Assembly: GCA_021414245.1 (NCBI GenBank)
Contig: JAIOOU010000011.1
Span: 123,881-187,880, forward strand
Direction of reading: 5' to 3'
DNA from: Chloroflexota bacterium
GTDB taxonomy: Bacteria > Chloroflexota > Anaerolineae > Anaerolineales > Villigracilaceae
Length of the DNA: 64,000 nt
Shown: piece after piece, positions 50,451-60,104 of the stretch
Position numbering within the stretch: the first letter of the stretch is position 1
Layout: every line of letters starts with the position of its first letter
Translations under genes and position numbers: made by a program
The notes under the pieces: generated by a model
The model's database searches: none
The model's input: only the letters and a program-made list of their open reading frames with translations
What the model was told of the DNA's origin: nothing

Positions 50451-51600
50451 TATAAGACCTCCATTCATCATCCGAGATTGTGCCTTCGCCAGTCTGGCGC
50501 GAAATATTAAAGAGAATGCCAATGGCCGCAAGCGTTGCGACCAGGTTCGATCCGCCGGCGCTGATGAAAGGCAGGGCATTGCCTGCGAAAGGGAGCAGGC
50601 CGACGATGACTGCCATGTTGATCAGGGCTTCGATCCCGATCCAAAAGACCAGGCCGGAGGCCAGCAGGGTGCCGAGCATATCGGGCGCGCGGCGGGCGAT
50701 CACCAGTCCGCGCCAGACCAGAAAACCAAACAGGCCGATCAATCCCACTGAACCGAACCAGCCCAGTTCCTCTGCCACGACCGCAAAGACACTGTCCGTC
50801 GGTGGCACGGGCAGGCCGGTCAACTTGGATTGAGACTGACCGAGACCCACCCCAAACCAGCCGCCATTGATGATGGCCTCGAACCCGCGGCGGACGTGAT
50901 AGGACGCCTGCAAAGGGTCCATGATGCCGGCCACGAAATCATCCACGCGCCTCTGGCCTGTGCTGCTGACCGACACCACCAGGAAGGCAGCCACGATGGC
51001 AACCACCAGCAGGACGCCGATCTGCTTCAAGTCACCGCCTGCAAGAAAAAACAACAAACCACCCAGGATAAAAACGGTTGCAGCGGCGCTCAGGTCCGGC
51101 TGTTGATAGATCAAACCGCCGATCAAACCGAGAATCACACCCAACGGGATCAAACCGAGCGAGACATCGTGCAAGTGCTGGCGTTTTGCATACAACCAAA
51201 CGCTCAGATAAATAATGGAAACCAGCTTGGCCAGTTCGGAAGGCTGCGCGGATCCATTGAAGATCGAACGCGAAGCCCCGAAACGGATTTCGTTCACGAA
51301 TAACACGATCAAGAGCAACAGGACGGTGGTCGCCAGGGCGGGCACTGCCAGCCGGCGCCAGTTGTGATAATCAAAGAAGGCCAGAAAGACGGCTGCAACC
51401 AAGCCCAGCGCAAGCCATCGCAGCTGTCGCAGGAACATGAACATCGGGTCCCCGTAGATGCCAAGCGAAAAATCCCAGGATGCCGAATACAACATGACCA
51501 GGCCGAAGAAGATCAGGGCCGCCACGCCAACCAACAATGGCATGTCGAACCCGCGCAAAAATTTGGCCGGGTTGATCGGGGTGAGAGGTTTTTCGTTCAT
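50371..51600 (-). CDS. ftsW: FtsW/RodA/SpoVE (SEDS) protein
   Basis: QPSELAKL, QQPDLSAA, TDSVFAVVAEELG, LPFISAGGS. Confidence 0.95.
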   Translation of the reverse strand: MNEKPLTPINPAKFLRGFDMPLLVGVAALIFFGLVMLYSASWDFSLGIYGDPMFMFLRQLRWLALGLVAAVFLAFFDYHNWRRLAVPALATTVLLLLIVLFVNEIRFGASRSIFNGSAQPSELAKLVSIIYLSVWLYAKRQHLHDVSLGLIPLGVILGLIGGLIYQQPDLSAAATVFILGGLLFFLAGGDLKQIGVLLVVAIVAAFLVVSVSSTGQRRVDDFVAGIMDPLQASYHVRRGFEAIINGGWFGVGLGQSQSKLTGLPVPPTDSVFAVVAEELGWFGSVGLIGLFGFLVWRGLVIARRAPDMLGTLLASGLVFWIGIEALINMAVIVGLLPFAGNALPFISAGGSNLVATLAAIGILFNISRQTGEGTISDDEWRSYSAVVNMRWWNGRRSVSRARRAQRAHQ

Positions 51601-52970
51601 GTAAGTTTCTGAACCCATTTTCTAAACGCTTCTCCTCTTTCAGCAAAATCCTTGAACTCGTCGTAGCTTGTGCCGCCCGGTGAAAACAGGACAATGTCTC
51701 CCGCACTGGCAACTTCCGCGGCAATGGCAACCGCCTCCTCCAGATTTTTTGCACGGCGAAGGTCACCGCTTCGCGGCCCGCCGACAGCTGATATGGCTTT
51801 CTCGATCAGACCAGCCGCCTCGCCGAACAGCACGACATGGTCGATGCGCTGGTGAATCAATTTCGAGATCTCGTCCCAGGGCAGGTCCTTGTCACGTCCG
51901 CCGAGCATCAGCACAATCGGCTCATGAAACGAATGGATGTCCGCCATACTTCGCTCCGGCGCAGTCGCAATCGAGCCGTTATACCAACGCACGCCATGCA
52001 ATTCACGGACCAGTTCCAGCCTGTGCGGCACGCCACGGAATTCCTCCACGGCTTCAAGCATATCATCGAGTTTGAAGCCCGCCGCGTGACCGATGGTAAA
52101 TGCCGCAAGCACGTTTGCCACATTATGGTCGCCTGGCAATTTGATTTTCTCGCGCAGCAGCAAAGGCAGATAGGCATTCCCGTCGCGCAAATTCAACAGG
52201 CCTTCATGCAGGTAGGCGCCGTTCAATCCTTCGTCCAGGTCCCGCAGGCTGAAGGTCAACAAATCTCCCCTGACCTTGTTCCGCAGACTCCACGCGCCAT
52301 TGTCATCATGGCCCAGGATGGCGGTATCTTTTTCGTTCTGAAATTCCAGGATGCGCGCCTTGGCCGACGTGTATGCATCCATGGTCCCGTGCCGGTCCAG
52401 ATGATTGGGAGTGATGTTGAGCACGGCGGCGATATTCGGAGACAGGGTCATCTGCTCCAACTGGAATGAGGAGATCTCCAGAATGGCGAGATCCCCGGCC
52501 TGCATGTCATCCACATAATTAATGAGCGGGTCACCAATATTGCCTCCAACGAAGGCACGTTCGCCGTAGGCCATCTTCGCCATATTGCCAACCAGGGTCG
52601 TGGTGGTGGTCTTTCCGGCCGAACCGGTGATCCCTATCGTTTTACAGGGCACGACCTCCATGAAGATCTGCGTATCGTTCGAAAGCGGCAGGCCGCGCCG
52701 GAGTGCTTCCTGCACGATGGAAAGGGTCAACGGTACGCCGCCCGAAAGACAAAGCACATCCGTCCGGTCAAGCAGGTCAACCGGATGCCCGCCTGCCGCC
52801 CATTTCACATTGGTATCGGCCAGGGATTCCCGGGCCGGAACCAGTTCATCGAGACTGCGGGCATCACTCAAGGTCACATTCGATCCGTGATGGGAGAGCC
52901 AGCGGGCCAGGGCTATTCCCTGCCGTGCCGCGCCGAGGATGAGTGTACGGGTTCCGTTCCAATTTTTCAT
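51597..52970 (-). CDS. murD: UDP-MurNAc-L-Ala--D-Glu ligase
   Basis: GITGSAGKTTTT, GGNIG, LEISSFQL, NITPNHLDRH, FSPGGTSYD. Confidence 0.96.
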   Translation of the reverse strand: MKNWNGTRTLILGAARQGIALARWLSHHGSNVTLSDARSLDELVPARESLADTNVKWAAGGHPVDLLDRTDVLCLSGGVPLTLSIVQEALRRGLPLSNDTQIFMEVVPCKTIGITGSAGKTTTTTLVGNMAKMAYGERAFVGGNIGDPLINYVDDMQAGDLAILEISSFQLEQMTLSPNIAAVLNITPNHLDRHGTMDAYTSAKARILEFQNEKDTAILGHDDNGAWSLRNKVRGDLLTFSLRDLDEGLNGAYLHEGLLNLRDGNAYLPLLLREKIKLPGDHNVANVLAAFTIGHAAGFKLDDMLEAVEEFRGVPHRLELVRELHGVRWYNGSIATAPERSMADIHSFHEPIVLMLGGRDKDLPWDEISKLIHQRIDHVVLFGEAAGLIEKAISAVGGPRSGDLRRAKNLEEAVAIAAEVASAGDIVLFSPGGTSYDEFKDFAERGEAFRKWVQKLT

Positions 52971-53002
52971 AGTTAATTTACATTCCAGCGAAGGAACGAT
53001 CA

Positions 53003-54001
53003 TTAGACCTGGGAAAGTCCAATACCAATAAGTGCCGCCATCAAACCGATCAGCCAGAAACGCTGCACAACCTGCGTTTCACTCCAGCCGAGCAATTCGA
53101 AATGCAAATGGATGGGCGCCATTTTGAAGAAACGTTTGCCCCGGGTCCACTTGAAATAACCGATCTGAATCACCACGCTCAACATTTCACTTAAAGGAAT
53201 GATGCCGATCACCAGCAGCATCAGCCACTGGCCCGTCATCAGCGAAATCACCGCAAGAACGGCTCCGAGCGAAAGAGACCCCGTATCGCCCATGAACAAT
53301 TCCGCAGGGTGCACGTTAAACCACAGGAAACCAAAAAGCGCGCCCACCAGAATAAAGCAGAACCTTGCAAGATAGATCTGCTCCTGCATAAGGGCGATCC
53401 CGCCGAAGGCGGCAATCGCGGTGGCGGCGATCAAACCCGCCAGGCCGTCCAACCCGTCGGTGAAGTTTATGGCATTCGATTCAGCCACAATGATAAAAGC
53501 CGCGATCGGCACATACCACCAGCCAAGTTTGATCTCAAAGAACAGGCCGGGAAAATATAATTCCGGCACTTCCATCTTATATTTCAAGACATACGCAGTG
53601 GCCAGCGCAAGCGCCACCTGAAAAATGAACTTGGTGCGGGCGCGCATCCCTTCACCTTTCCGTTTGCCGCGGATCCCCTCCCAATCGTCGATCGCCCCAA
53701 GCACGGCAAAACCCAGCATGACCGCCATGGGTACCAGCACCGACCGCCCCACCCCGCTGGAGGGAACGCCGATCAACGCGACCGCATTCAACAGACCGCT
53801 GAACAACAGGACCGGAAAAATGAACATGACACCGCCCATGGTAGGCGTACCCATCTTGACGCCATGATGGCCGGGCTCTTCCACGCGAATGATCTTGCCG
53901 ATCTTGTAATGGCGCAAAATCCGCAGCAAGGGGCCACCCCAAATGGCGGTCATGATAAAAGCCAGACCGGCCAGGCTCAGGGAAAGGGCGATCTGCTTCA
54001 C
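53003..54001 (-). CDS. mraY: Phospho-MurNAc-pentapeptide transferase
   Basis: KMGTPTMGG, IDD, NFTDGLDGLA, FMGDTGS, MAPIHLHFE. Confidence 0.97.
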   Translation of the reverse strand: MKQIALSLSLAGLAFIMTAIWGGPLLRILRHYKIGKIIRVEEPGHHGVKMGTPTMGGVMFIFPVLLFSGLLNAVALIGVPSSGVGRSVLVPMAVMLGFAVLGAIDDWEGIRGKRKGEGMRARTKFIFQVALALATAYVLKYKMEVPELYFPGLFFEIKLGWWYVPIAAFIIVAESNAINFTDGLDGLAGLIAATAIAAFGGIALMQEQIYLARFCFILVGALFGFLWFNVHPAELFMGDTGSLSLGAVLAVISLMTGQWLMLLVIGIIPLSEMLSVVIQIGYFKWTRGKRFFKMAPIHLHFELLGWSETQVVQRFWLIGLMAALIGIGLSQV

Positions 54002-55413
54002 GAACGCACCTCCAAAGCGGCAGTGATGCGATCCATGCGCAACCCATGAGAACCCTTGATCAAAATGGCATCCTTTGCGGACAGATTCTTATTCAACCAG
54101 TCCACAATCGGCTCGGCTGATTCAAACTCAAAAATATTCGCCGCCTTTAATCCCGCACGGCGGGCGGAATCCGCGATCATATGCGCACGCGGACCCAGGG
54201 TAAGCAATATCCTGGCAACCTGCGCGGCCCGCATCCCCACCATCTCATGGCCCTGTTTTTCGTACGGACCCAGTTCCAGCATATCGCCCAGCACGGCAAT
54301 CTTGCGCCCATCCATTTCATCCAGCAGATTCAGCGCAGCCAACATGGATTCAGGGGATGCATTATAGGTGTCATCCAGGATCAGGGCACCGGTCTTGCTG
54401 CGCACTGCCACCAGCCTGAGTTGTGTGTGCCCTTGTGCGAGACCTTCAAAGATCTCCTGCCAGACCAGGCCGTCATTAAGACCCACAGCAGCAGCGCGCA
54501 GGGCTGTGTGTACCGAATGGCGTCCGATCATGGGAACATGGCTATGAACAGCTTCCCCCTTGTAATGCAGGCGAAAACGGATTCCATCCAAACCGAGGCC
54601 TTCGATCTGGTCGGCCCACAAGTCCGCTTCCGGGGAGAGACCGTAAAAGAAGACGGGCGCCTTCGATTTCTCCTCCATCTTGCGGACCCAGGGATCATCG
54701 AAATTAAGAATGGCAACGCCATCTGCGGGAAGAGCCTGGATCAATTCGCTCTTGCCGCGGGCAATGGCTTCCTGTGAACCGGCACGTTCGGCATGCACGG
54801 TTCCGACATTCGTGACCACTCCCACCTGAGGCAGGGCGATGTCACAAAGGAACTCGATCTCGCCGGGGACGTAAAAGCCCATTTCCAATATGGCCCGTTC
54901 GTGAGCATGGCCGAGTTTCAGGATCGTCAACGGCAGACCGATCTCATTGTTCAAATTGCCGGGGCTTTTTAATGTGCGGTAACGGGTGCCCAGGACTTCA
55001 GCCACCATTTCCTTTGTGGTGGATTTGCCAACGCTGCCGGTAATACCGACCACCTTCAAATCGAGTTTGCGGCGCCAGAAACGCGCGATCTGCTGCAGAG
55101 CCGAGACGGTATTGTCAACGCGCAGACAGAGGGGCACTGAAAGGTCAAGGGAAGAGTCTGTTGATAGGCCGTTGCGCAGGTCAAGGGTCCGCAAAGAGGC
55201 GGGCATTTCCTTTTGGATTAAAGCAAAAGAGGCACCCCTCTTGAATGCTTCGGCAACAAAGTCATGTCCATCGACCTGCTCACCGGGGATCGCCACAAAC
55301 AGGGAGCCGGGAATCACCTGGCGCGAATCCACCGCCGCTTCGGTGATGACTGCGGCGGCGTTCGCAAGGCGAACTGAGGTGATGGCTTCGAGGGCGTCTG
55401 CTAGTGTAAGCAT
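53998..55413 (-). CDS. murF: UDP-MurNAc-tripeptide--D-Ala-D-Ala ligase
   Basis: ITGSVGKSTTKE, NNEIGLPLT, LEMG, DDTYNASPES, KGSHG. Confidence 0.96.
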   Translation of the reverse strand: MLTLADALEAITSVRLANAAAVITEAAVDSRQVIPGSLFVAIPGEQVDGHDFVAEAFKRGASFALIQKEMPASLRTLDLRNGLSTDSSLDLSVPLCLRVDNTVSALQQIARFWRRKLDLKVVGITGSVGKSTTKEMVAEVLGTRYRTLKSPGNLNNEIGLPLTILKLGHAHERAILEMGFYVPGEIEFLCDIALPQVGVVTNVGTVHAERAGSQEAIARGKSELIQALPADGVAILNFDDPWVRKMEEKSKAPVFFYGLSPEADLWADQIEGLGLDGIRFRLHYKGEAVHSHVPMIGRHSVHTALRAAAVGLNDGLVWQEIFEGLAQGHTQLRLVAVRSKTGALILDDTYNASPESMLAALNLLDEMDGRKIAVLGDMLELGPYEKQGHEMVGMRAAQVARILLTLGPRAHMIADSARRAGLKAANIFEFESAEPIVDWLNKNLSAKDAILIKGSHGLRMDRITAALEVRS

Positions 55414-55414
55414 G

Positions 55415-57163
55415 TTATTTTGTTACAAGTTGATTCCGGATGCTATCAGGGGGAATATCCATCATGATGACGGTCTTCTCGGCAACTTCAGCAAAAACAG
55501 GAGCGGCGGTTTCCGAACCCCAAATGGATGCGGACGGTTTTTCAAGCCAGACATAAATCATGAATTGCGGATCGTCCACCGGTCCCCAGCCAATAAAGGA
55601 GGCATTCGTTTTTGTAGTGTCATAAAACCCATTGACCGGGATTTGAGCCGTGCCGGTCTTGCCGGCAATGCGATATCCCGGAACCAGGGCGAGAGATCCC
55701 TCCGATTCAAGGGAAACTGCCAGCATGTCAGAAAGCGTCCTGGCTGTTTGTTCGGAAATGGGCGTGCCTGCAAACTGTGCAGGCACATCGTACTGGCGGC
55801 CGTCACGCACCATCGCATACAGGGCATGCGGCGTAACGGTGTGACCTTTGTTGGCAATCGAGGAAGCCGCCATCATGATCTGAACCGGGGTGGCGGTGAC
55901 ACCCTGACCAAAGGCATTGGTGGCCAGATCAACCGGATACCAATCCGAATCACCGGGGATCTTGAGCCTGCCGGCTGCTTCCCCAGCCAGATCCACGCCG
56001 GTCAAATGGCCCAGCCCGAAATTATTCATATAACTGTAAAAGGTCCCGGCGCCCATTTCCGTGGAGATCGTGGCCATGCAAACATTCAGCGAATGCTGCA
56101 AACACCCGGTCATATCCTGAATACCCCACGGTTCCTGATTCCAATTCTGAATGGTGGCGCCTCCCACCAGGATGGAGCCTGTATCCAGATAGGTGGTGTT
56201 GGGCACCACCGTGCCGGCGTCCAGGGCCGCCGCCATGGTCAGGATCTTGATGACCGAGCCCGGCTCATACGGCAGGGAGATGGCACGATTGAATTCGCTG
56301 GCGTTGTCATAGATCGTGTTGTAGTTCCAGAATTGATTCAAATCCATGCGCGGAGTAACGGCCATCGCGAGCAATTCCCCGTTGCGCGGGTCCATGACCA
56401 CGATCGTGCCGCCCTGCGCACCATAGGTAACAAGCGCTTCATCCAGGATTTGCTCGGTGGCTGCCTGCAGGTCACGATTGATGGTCAGCACCAATGTGGT
56501 GCCGTCCGGGACATGGGAAATCTCAAAAGCCTTGTTCGGGTCGGTTGGGACAAGCACCTGTACGGGGTTGCCGGCCAGCAGGGTGTCGTACTTGCCTTCA
56601 ATGCCAAAAAAGCCGCGGCCGTCGCGATTCATAAAACCGATGATATTCGAAGCCAGCGAACCTTCAGGATAACTGCGTTGCGGATGAGATTTGAATTCCA
56701 GGCCGGTCAGGGCGCCCTGCGTACCGGCTGGCGCCTGGGCCTGCAAGGCATCCTTGAGGGCCTGCAGTTTGACCACATGCTCCGGCTCCACAAAATCTGC
56801 AATGACCACATATACAATGCCGTCGGTGGGATTCTGAATATCGTTCAGGATTTTCGAGTAATCGAGATTAAGTTCCGCGCTGACCGAGGCGGCAATGGCG
56901 GAGGCATCCTTCACGGTATTCAGGTCCACACCGATCTCAAAGACCGACATGTTGCCGGCCAGCAGGTGACCATTGCGATCATAGATCTCGCCGCGGTCGG
57001 GATACACCGTGCGCAGTTCATAGGCGTAATTCGAAGCCTGCTCGCGAAACGCGGCTGCTTCGACACTGTTCTGGATGCGCGTCATCTGCACCACAATGGC
57101 AAGAGCGATCAACCCCATCATGATCGTTAAAGCCCTGGTCCGGCGCGCATATTGCTGTCTCAT
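55415..57163 (-). CDS. ftsI: FtsI-like class B penicillin-binding protein
   Basis: RGEIYDRNG dimerisation motif; SVIK, SLN, KTG transpeptidase motifs. Confidence 0.9.
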   Translation of the reverse strand: MRQQYARRTRALTIMMGLIALAIVVQMTRIQNSVEAAAFREQASNYAYELRTVYPDRGEIYDRNGHLLAGNMSVFEIGVDLNTVKDASAIAASVSAELNLDYSKILNDIQNPTDGIVYVVIADFVEPEHVVKLQALKDALQAQAPAGTQGALTGLEFKSHPQRSYPEGSLASNIIGFMNRDGRGFFGIEGKYDTLLAGNPVQVLVPTDPNKAFEISHVPDGTTLVLTINRDLQAATEQILDEALVTYGAQGGTIVVMDPRNGELLAMAVTPRMDLNQFWNYNTIYDNASEFNRAISLPYEPGSVIKILTMAAALDAGTVVPNTTYLDTGSILVGGATIQNWNQEPWGIQDMTGCLQHSLNVCMATISTEMGAGTFYSYMNNFGLGHLTGVDLAGEAAGRLKIPGDSDWYPVDLATNAFGQGVTATPVQIMMAASSIANKGHTVTPHALYAMVRDGRQYDVPAQFAGTPISEQTARTLSDMLAVSLESEGSLALVPGYRIAGKTGTAQIPVNGFYDTTKTNASFIGWGPVDDPQFMIYVWLEKPSASIWGSETAAPVFAEVAEKTVIMMDIPPDSIRNQLVTK

Positions 57164-57630
57164 CGCAGCCCCCGCGTGGAGTTCGAGATTCTCTCGTCCA
57201 TCCAATCCAACAGGGATTCATTGTATTCGCGCGGAATGCTCAAGGCACTTAATTGAGGCAGCGCCGCAGTGGACAGAATATCCGGTTCGAGCGGAGTGTA
57301 GCCGGCCACGACCAGGTATTCCGCTTCGCCGGTCTTCATGGGGCGAAAACCCAGATCGAGGGCGCGCTGTTTCATTACATTGGAGGAGGTCAGGGAAGCC
57401 AGTTGAGTCTGCAGGTCGCCGCTCATTTGACGGTTAATGCTGATCGATGCGTTTAATTCCTGGATCTCACGGCCCGCAATGGCAGCCTTGGAGGTCACAT
57501 CCAGATAGATGGCCGCGATCATGGCCATCGAGAGGACGGCCAGAAATGCCGTGCCGAACCACTGGCGATTAACCCGCCAGGGGGCGATCTTATAGGCATG
57601 GACCAGGTGATTTACATTTTGCATGTTCAT
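57160..57630 (-). CDS. FtsL-like protein
   Basis: Between rsmH and ftsI; single TM followed by a coiled coil. Confidence 0.7.
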   Translation of the reverse strand: MNMQNVNHLVHAYKIAPWRVNRQWFGTAFLAVLSMAMIAAIYLDVTSKAAIAGREIQELNASISINRQMSGDLQTQLASLTSSNVMKQRALDLGFRPMKTGEAEYLVVAGYTPLEPDILSTAALPQLSALSIPREYNESLLDWMDERISNSTRGLR

Positions 57631-58544
57631 AGTTTTTCTACAACTCTAAGCTTTGCACTCCGCGCTCGCGGGTTATCCTTTAATTCCTCTTCCGAAGAGA
57701 TGATCGGTTTTTTATTGACCGGACTCACAATCGCCCTGCGCTCCACTTCATAGAGCTGTTCGTAAGGCGGGTTGACCAGTTCCCTGCTTTGTTCACGAAA
57801 AAAATCCTTGACGATCCGGTCTTCCAATGAGTGGAAGGAGATCACTGCGCATCGTCCGCCGGACCTGAGAGCTGCCACCGCCTGCGGAAGCACACTCTGC
57901 ACTGCAGCCAGTTCCTCGTTGACGGCGATGCGTAATGCCTGGAACGTTTGCGTGGCAGGGTGCATGCGGTCCCCTCTTCGGGGAGAGGCCTTCTCGATCA
58001 CAACGACCAGTTCACGGGTCGTGTGAAGCGGTCTATTTTCCACGATGGCCCGCGCGATCCTTCTTGCATCGCGGTCCTCACCATAACGGAAGATCAAGTC
58101 TGCCAGATCATCCTGTGGCAGGGTGTTGACCAGGTCTGCCGCGCTTTGCAAGGCCTGCGGTCCAAATCTCATATCCAGCGGACCATCCTGCATAAACGAA
58201 AATCCGCGTTCGGCCGTATCGAACTGCATGGACGAGGCACCCAGGTCCAGCACGATCCCGTCCACCGCATCCCATTGCGCATCGGCAAGCTGCCTGGCGA
58301 GTGTGATATAGGAGGCCTGCACGAGACGTGTGCGTCCTTCGTAAGGAGCCAAGGTCTCACGAGCGAGCGCCAGCGCCTGCGGGTCCACATCCAAACCCAG
58401 CAGGAGCCCGTCTGGCGAGCAGGCCTCCAGGATCCCGCGGGAGTGACCGCCCGCGCCCAAAGTGCCGTCCACATAGCGGCCGCCATTTCGTGGCTGCAAT
58501 GCGTGTATAATCTCTTTGTAAAGTACAGGTTTGTGTGCGTCCAT
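57627..58544 (-). CDS. rsmH: 16S rRNA m4C1402 methyltransferase
   Basis: HKPVL, DGTLGAGGHS, DLGASSMQ, PLDMR, ISFHSLEDR, NPRARSAKLR. Confidence 0.97.
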   Translation of the reverse strand: MDAHKPVLYKEIIHALQPRNGGRYVDGTLGAGGHSRGILEACSPDGLLLGLDVDPQALALARETLAPYEGRTRLVQASYITLARQLADAQWDAVDGIVLDLGASSMQFDTAERGFSFMQDGPLDMRFGPQALQSAADLVNTLPQDDLADLIFRYGEDRDARRIARAIVENRPLHTTRELVVVIEKASPRRGDRMHPATQTFQALRIAVNEELAAVQSVLPQAVAALRSGGRCAVISFHSLEDRIVKDFFREQSRELVNPPYEQLYEVERRAIVSPVNKKPIISSEEELKDNPRARSAKLRVVEKL

Positions 58545-58559
58545 AACAAAACCTGTTTG

Positions 58560-59009
58560 TTATGACGCGGGACTCGTTTTGGAAAGATCCAATGTGGCAA
58601 AGCGCTGACTGTTGGCTTCCACATCCTGCAGGCTGGCCATTTGTTCGGCCCACTGCGCGGGCTTCCACACTTCAAAGTATTCGCCCTGTCCGGCCACAAT
58701 GGCCTCGCCTTCCATTTCCAGGAAGGCCCGCAGGTTTTGCGGGACGAGAATACGCCCGACCTTGTCCACTTCAACAGGATACGCATTGGACAGGATCAAG
58801 CGGCGCAAAAGACGGGCGGTTGGGTCGGCCAGGTTCATGGATTCGATGCGCTCATAGACCTGTTTGAAATAGGTCTCCGACATCACCATGAGGCACTTGT
58901 CAAAGCCCTGTGTAATGAAGGCGCCACCTTCCAACAACTCACGGAAGCGCGCCGGGATCATCAGGCGCCCTTTATCATCGAGGTTGTGTTGGTAGTTGCC
59001 TAAGAACAT
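58560..59009 (-). CDS. mraZ: Division/cell wall cluster repressor MraZ
   Basis: MFLGNYQHNLDDKGRL and a second DKVGRI repeat. Confidence 0.97.
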   Translation of the reverse strand: MFLGNYQHNLDDKGRLMIPARFRELLEGGAFITQGFDKCLMVMSETYFKQVYERIESMNLADPTARLLRRLILSNAYPVEVDKVGRILVPQNLRAFLEMEGEAIVAGQGEYFEVWKPAQWAEQMASLQDVEANSQRFATLDLSKTSPAS

Positions 59010-59061
59010 TTGTGCTATTCATCCTTTAATGAGCTGAACGCCGGGAAACATCCCGGCGCTC

Positions 59062-59116
59062 TTACCACTTTGTACCACTATTTCCCACATTATACGACTT
59101 TTGAGGGAAAACGCAA
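59062..59116 (-). promoter_or_regulatory. dcw promoter with three MraZ-type GTGG boxes
   Basis: Minus strand TTGCGT-16 bp-TATAAT, then GTGG at a 10-bp period (ccac at 59065, 59075, 59085). Confidence 0.7.
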
Positions 59117-59165
59117 GGAGACTATCCGCATTGCCAACTTTTTGCAAGGTAAAAACTGGTCATTA

Positions 59166-60065
59166 ATGACTACTTTCCCCTTTTCCCTGCTTGAGTCCAC
59201 TCATTGGCGCGACTATGAACTGCTTGATACCGGCGACGGCCTTAAACTGGAGCGCTTCGGTCAGTATATTTTTGCGCGCCCGGAGTCGCAGGCGATGTGG
59301 TCGCGTGCCCTGTCTGCAGCCGAATGGAACAATGCCCATGCCGTCTTCCAGCCCACGGCCGAGGAAAGTGGCGGTCATTGGATCGAAAAAAAGAAACTTC
59401 CCGAAAAATGGGAAATGAAATATCCGCTCCCCCATCTTCAGGACCTGACCTTCTCCGTGATGACCACTCCCGGCCGTCATTTGGGAGTCTTCCCGGAGGT
59501 CGCTTCACACTGGGACTTCATGGCGGATCTTGTCCGAAAAGCCGGCCGGCCCGTGAGAGTGCTCAACCTGTTTGGATATACCGGTCTGGCGTCTCTTGCC
59601 GCAGCAGCAGCCGGCGCCCAAGTCACCCATGTGGACGCTTCAAAAAAATCCGTCAGTTGGGCGCGTGAAAATCAGGCGCTCTCCGGCCTGAGTGAGAAAC
59701 CGATCCGTTGGATCGTGGAAGACGCGGTCAAATACGTCCAGCGTGAGGAAAAGCGCGGGGTGAAATACGACGGCATCATTCTCGATCCCCCCAAATTTGG
59801 ACGCGGGCCCAAGGGCGAAGTCTGGGAAGTGTACAAGTCCCTGCCGAGTTTGTTCGAGTTATGCCGGGCCTGTTTAAGCAATGATCCCCTGTTTGTGATC
59901 GCAACCTTGTATGCCGTGCGCGCCTCCGCCATTCATGTGGCCCAGGCGCTTGACGAGATCATGAAAAAATACAAGGGTTCGATGGACAGCGGCGAACTGG
60001 TGACGCGCGAAACCAGCGCGAAGCGCCTGCTCTCCCAGGCAGTATACGCAAGATGGTCAAAATAA
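59166..60065 (+). CDS. Class I SAM-dependent methyltransferase (RlmI/K-like, no PUA domain)
   Basis: KLERFG, HLGVFPE, VLNLFGYTG, ILDPPKFGRG; start revised from 59010. Confidence 0.88.
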   Translation: MTTFPFSLLESTHWRDYELLDTGDGLKLERFGQYIFARPESQAMWSRALSAAEWNNAHAVFQPTAEESGGHWIEKKKLPEKWEMKYPLPHLQDLTFSVMTTPGRHLGVFPEVASHWDFMADLVRKAGRPVRVLNLFGYTGLASLAAAAAGAQVTHVDASKKSVSWARENQALSGLSEKPIRWIVEDAVKYVQREEKRGVKYDGIILDPPKFGRGPKGEVWEVYKSLPSLFELCRACLSNDPLFVIATLYAVRASAIHVAQALDEIMKKYKGSMDSGELVTRETSAKRLLSQAVYARWSK

Positions 60066-60104
60066 GAAAAATCCCGAGGCTTTCACCTCGGGATTTTTCT
60101 TATT
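60061..60104. terminator. Bidirectional terminator
   Basis: aataagaaaaatcccgagg/cctcgggatttttcttatt. Confidence 0.8.

Noticed and set aside
18032-60065. Two RlmI-like methyltransferases as a special system
   Set aside because: Far apart and divergent; paralogs of this family are common.
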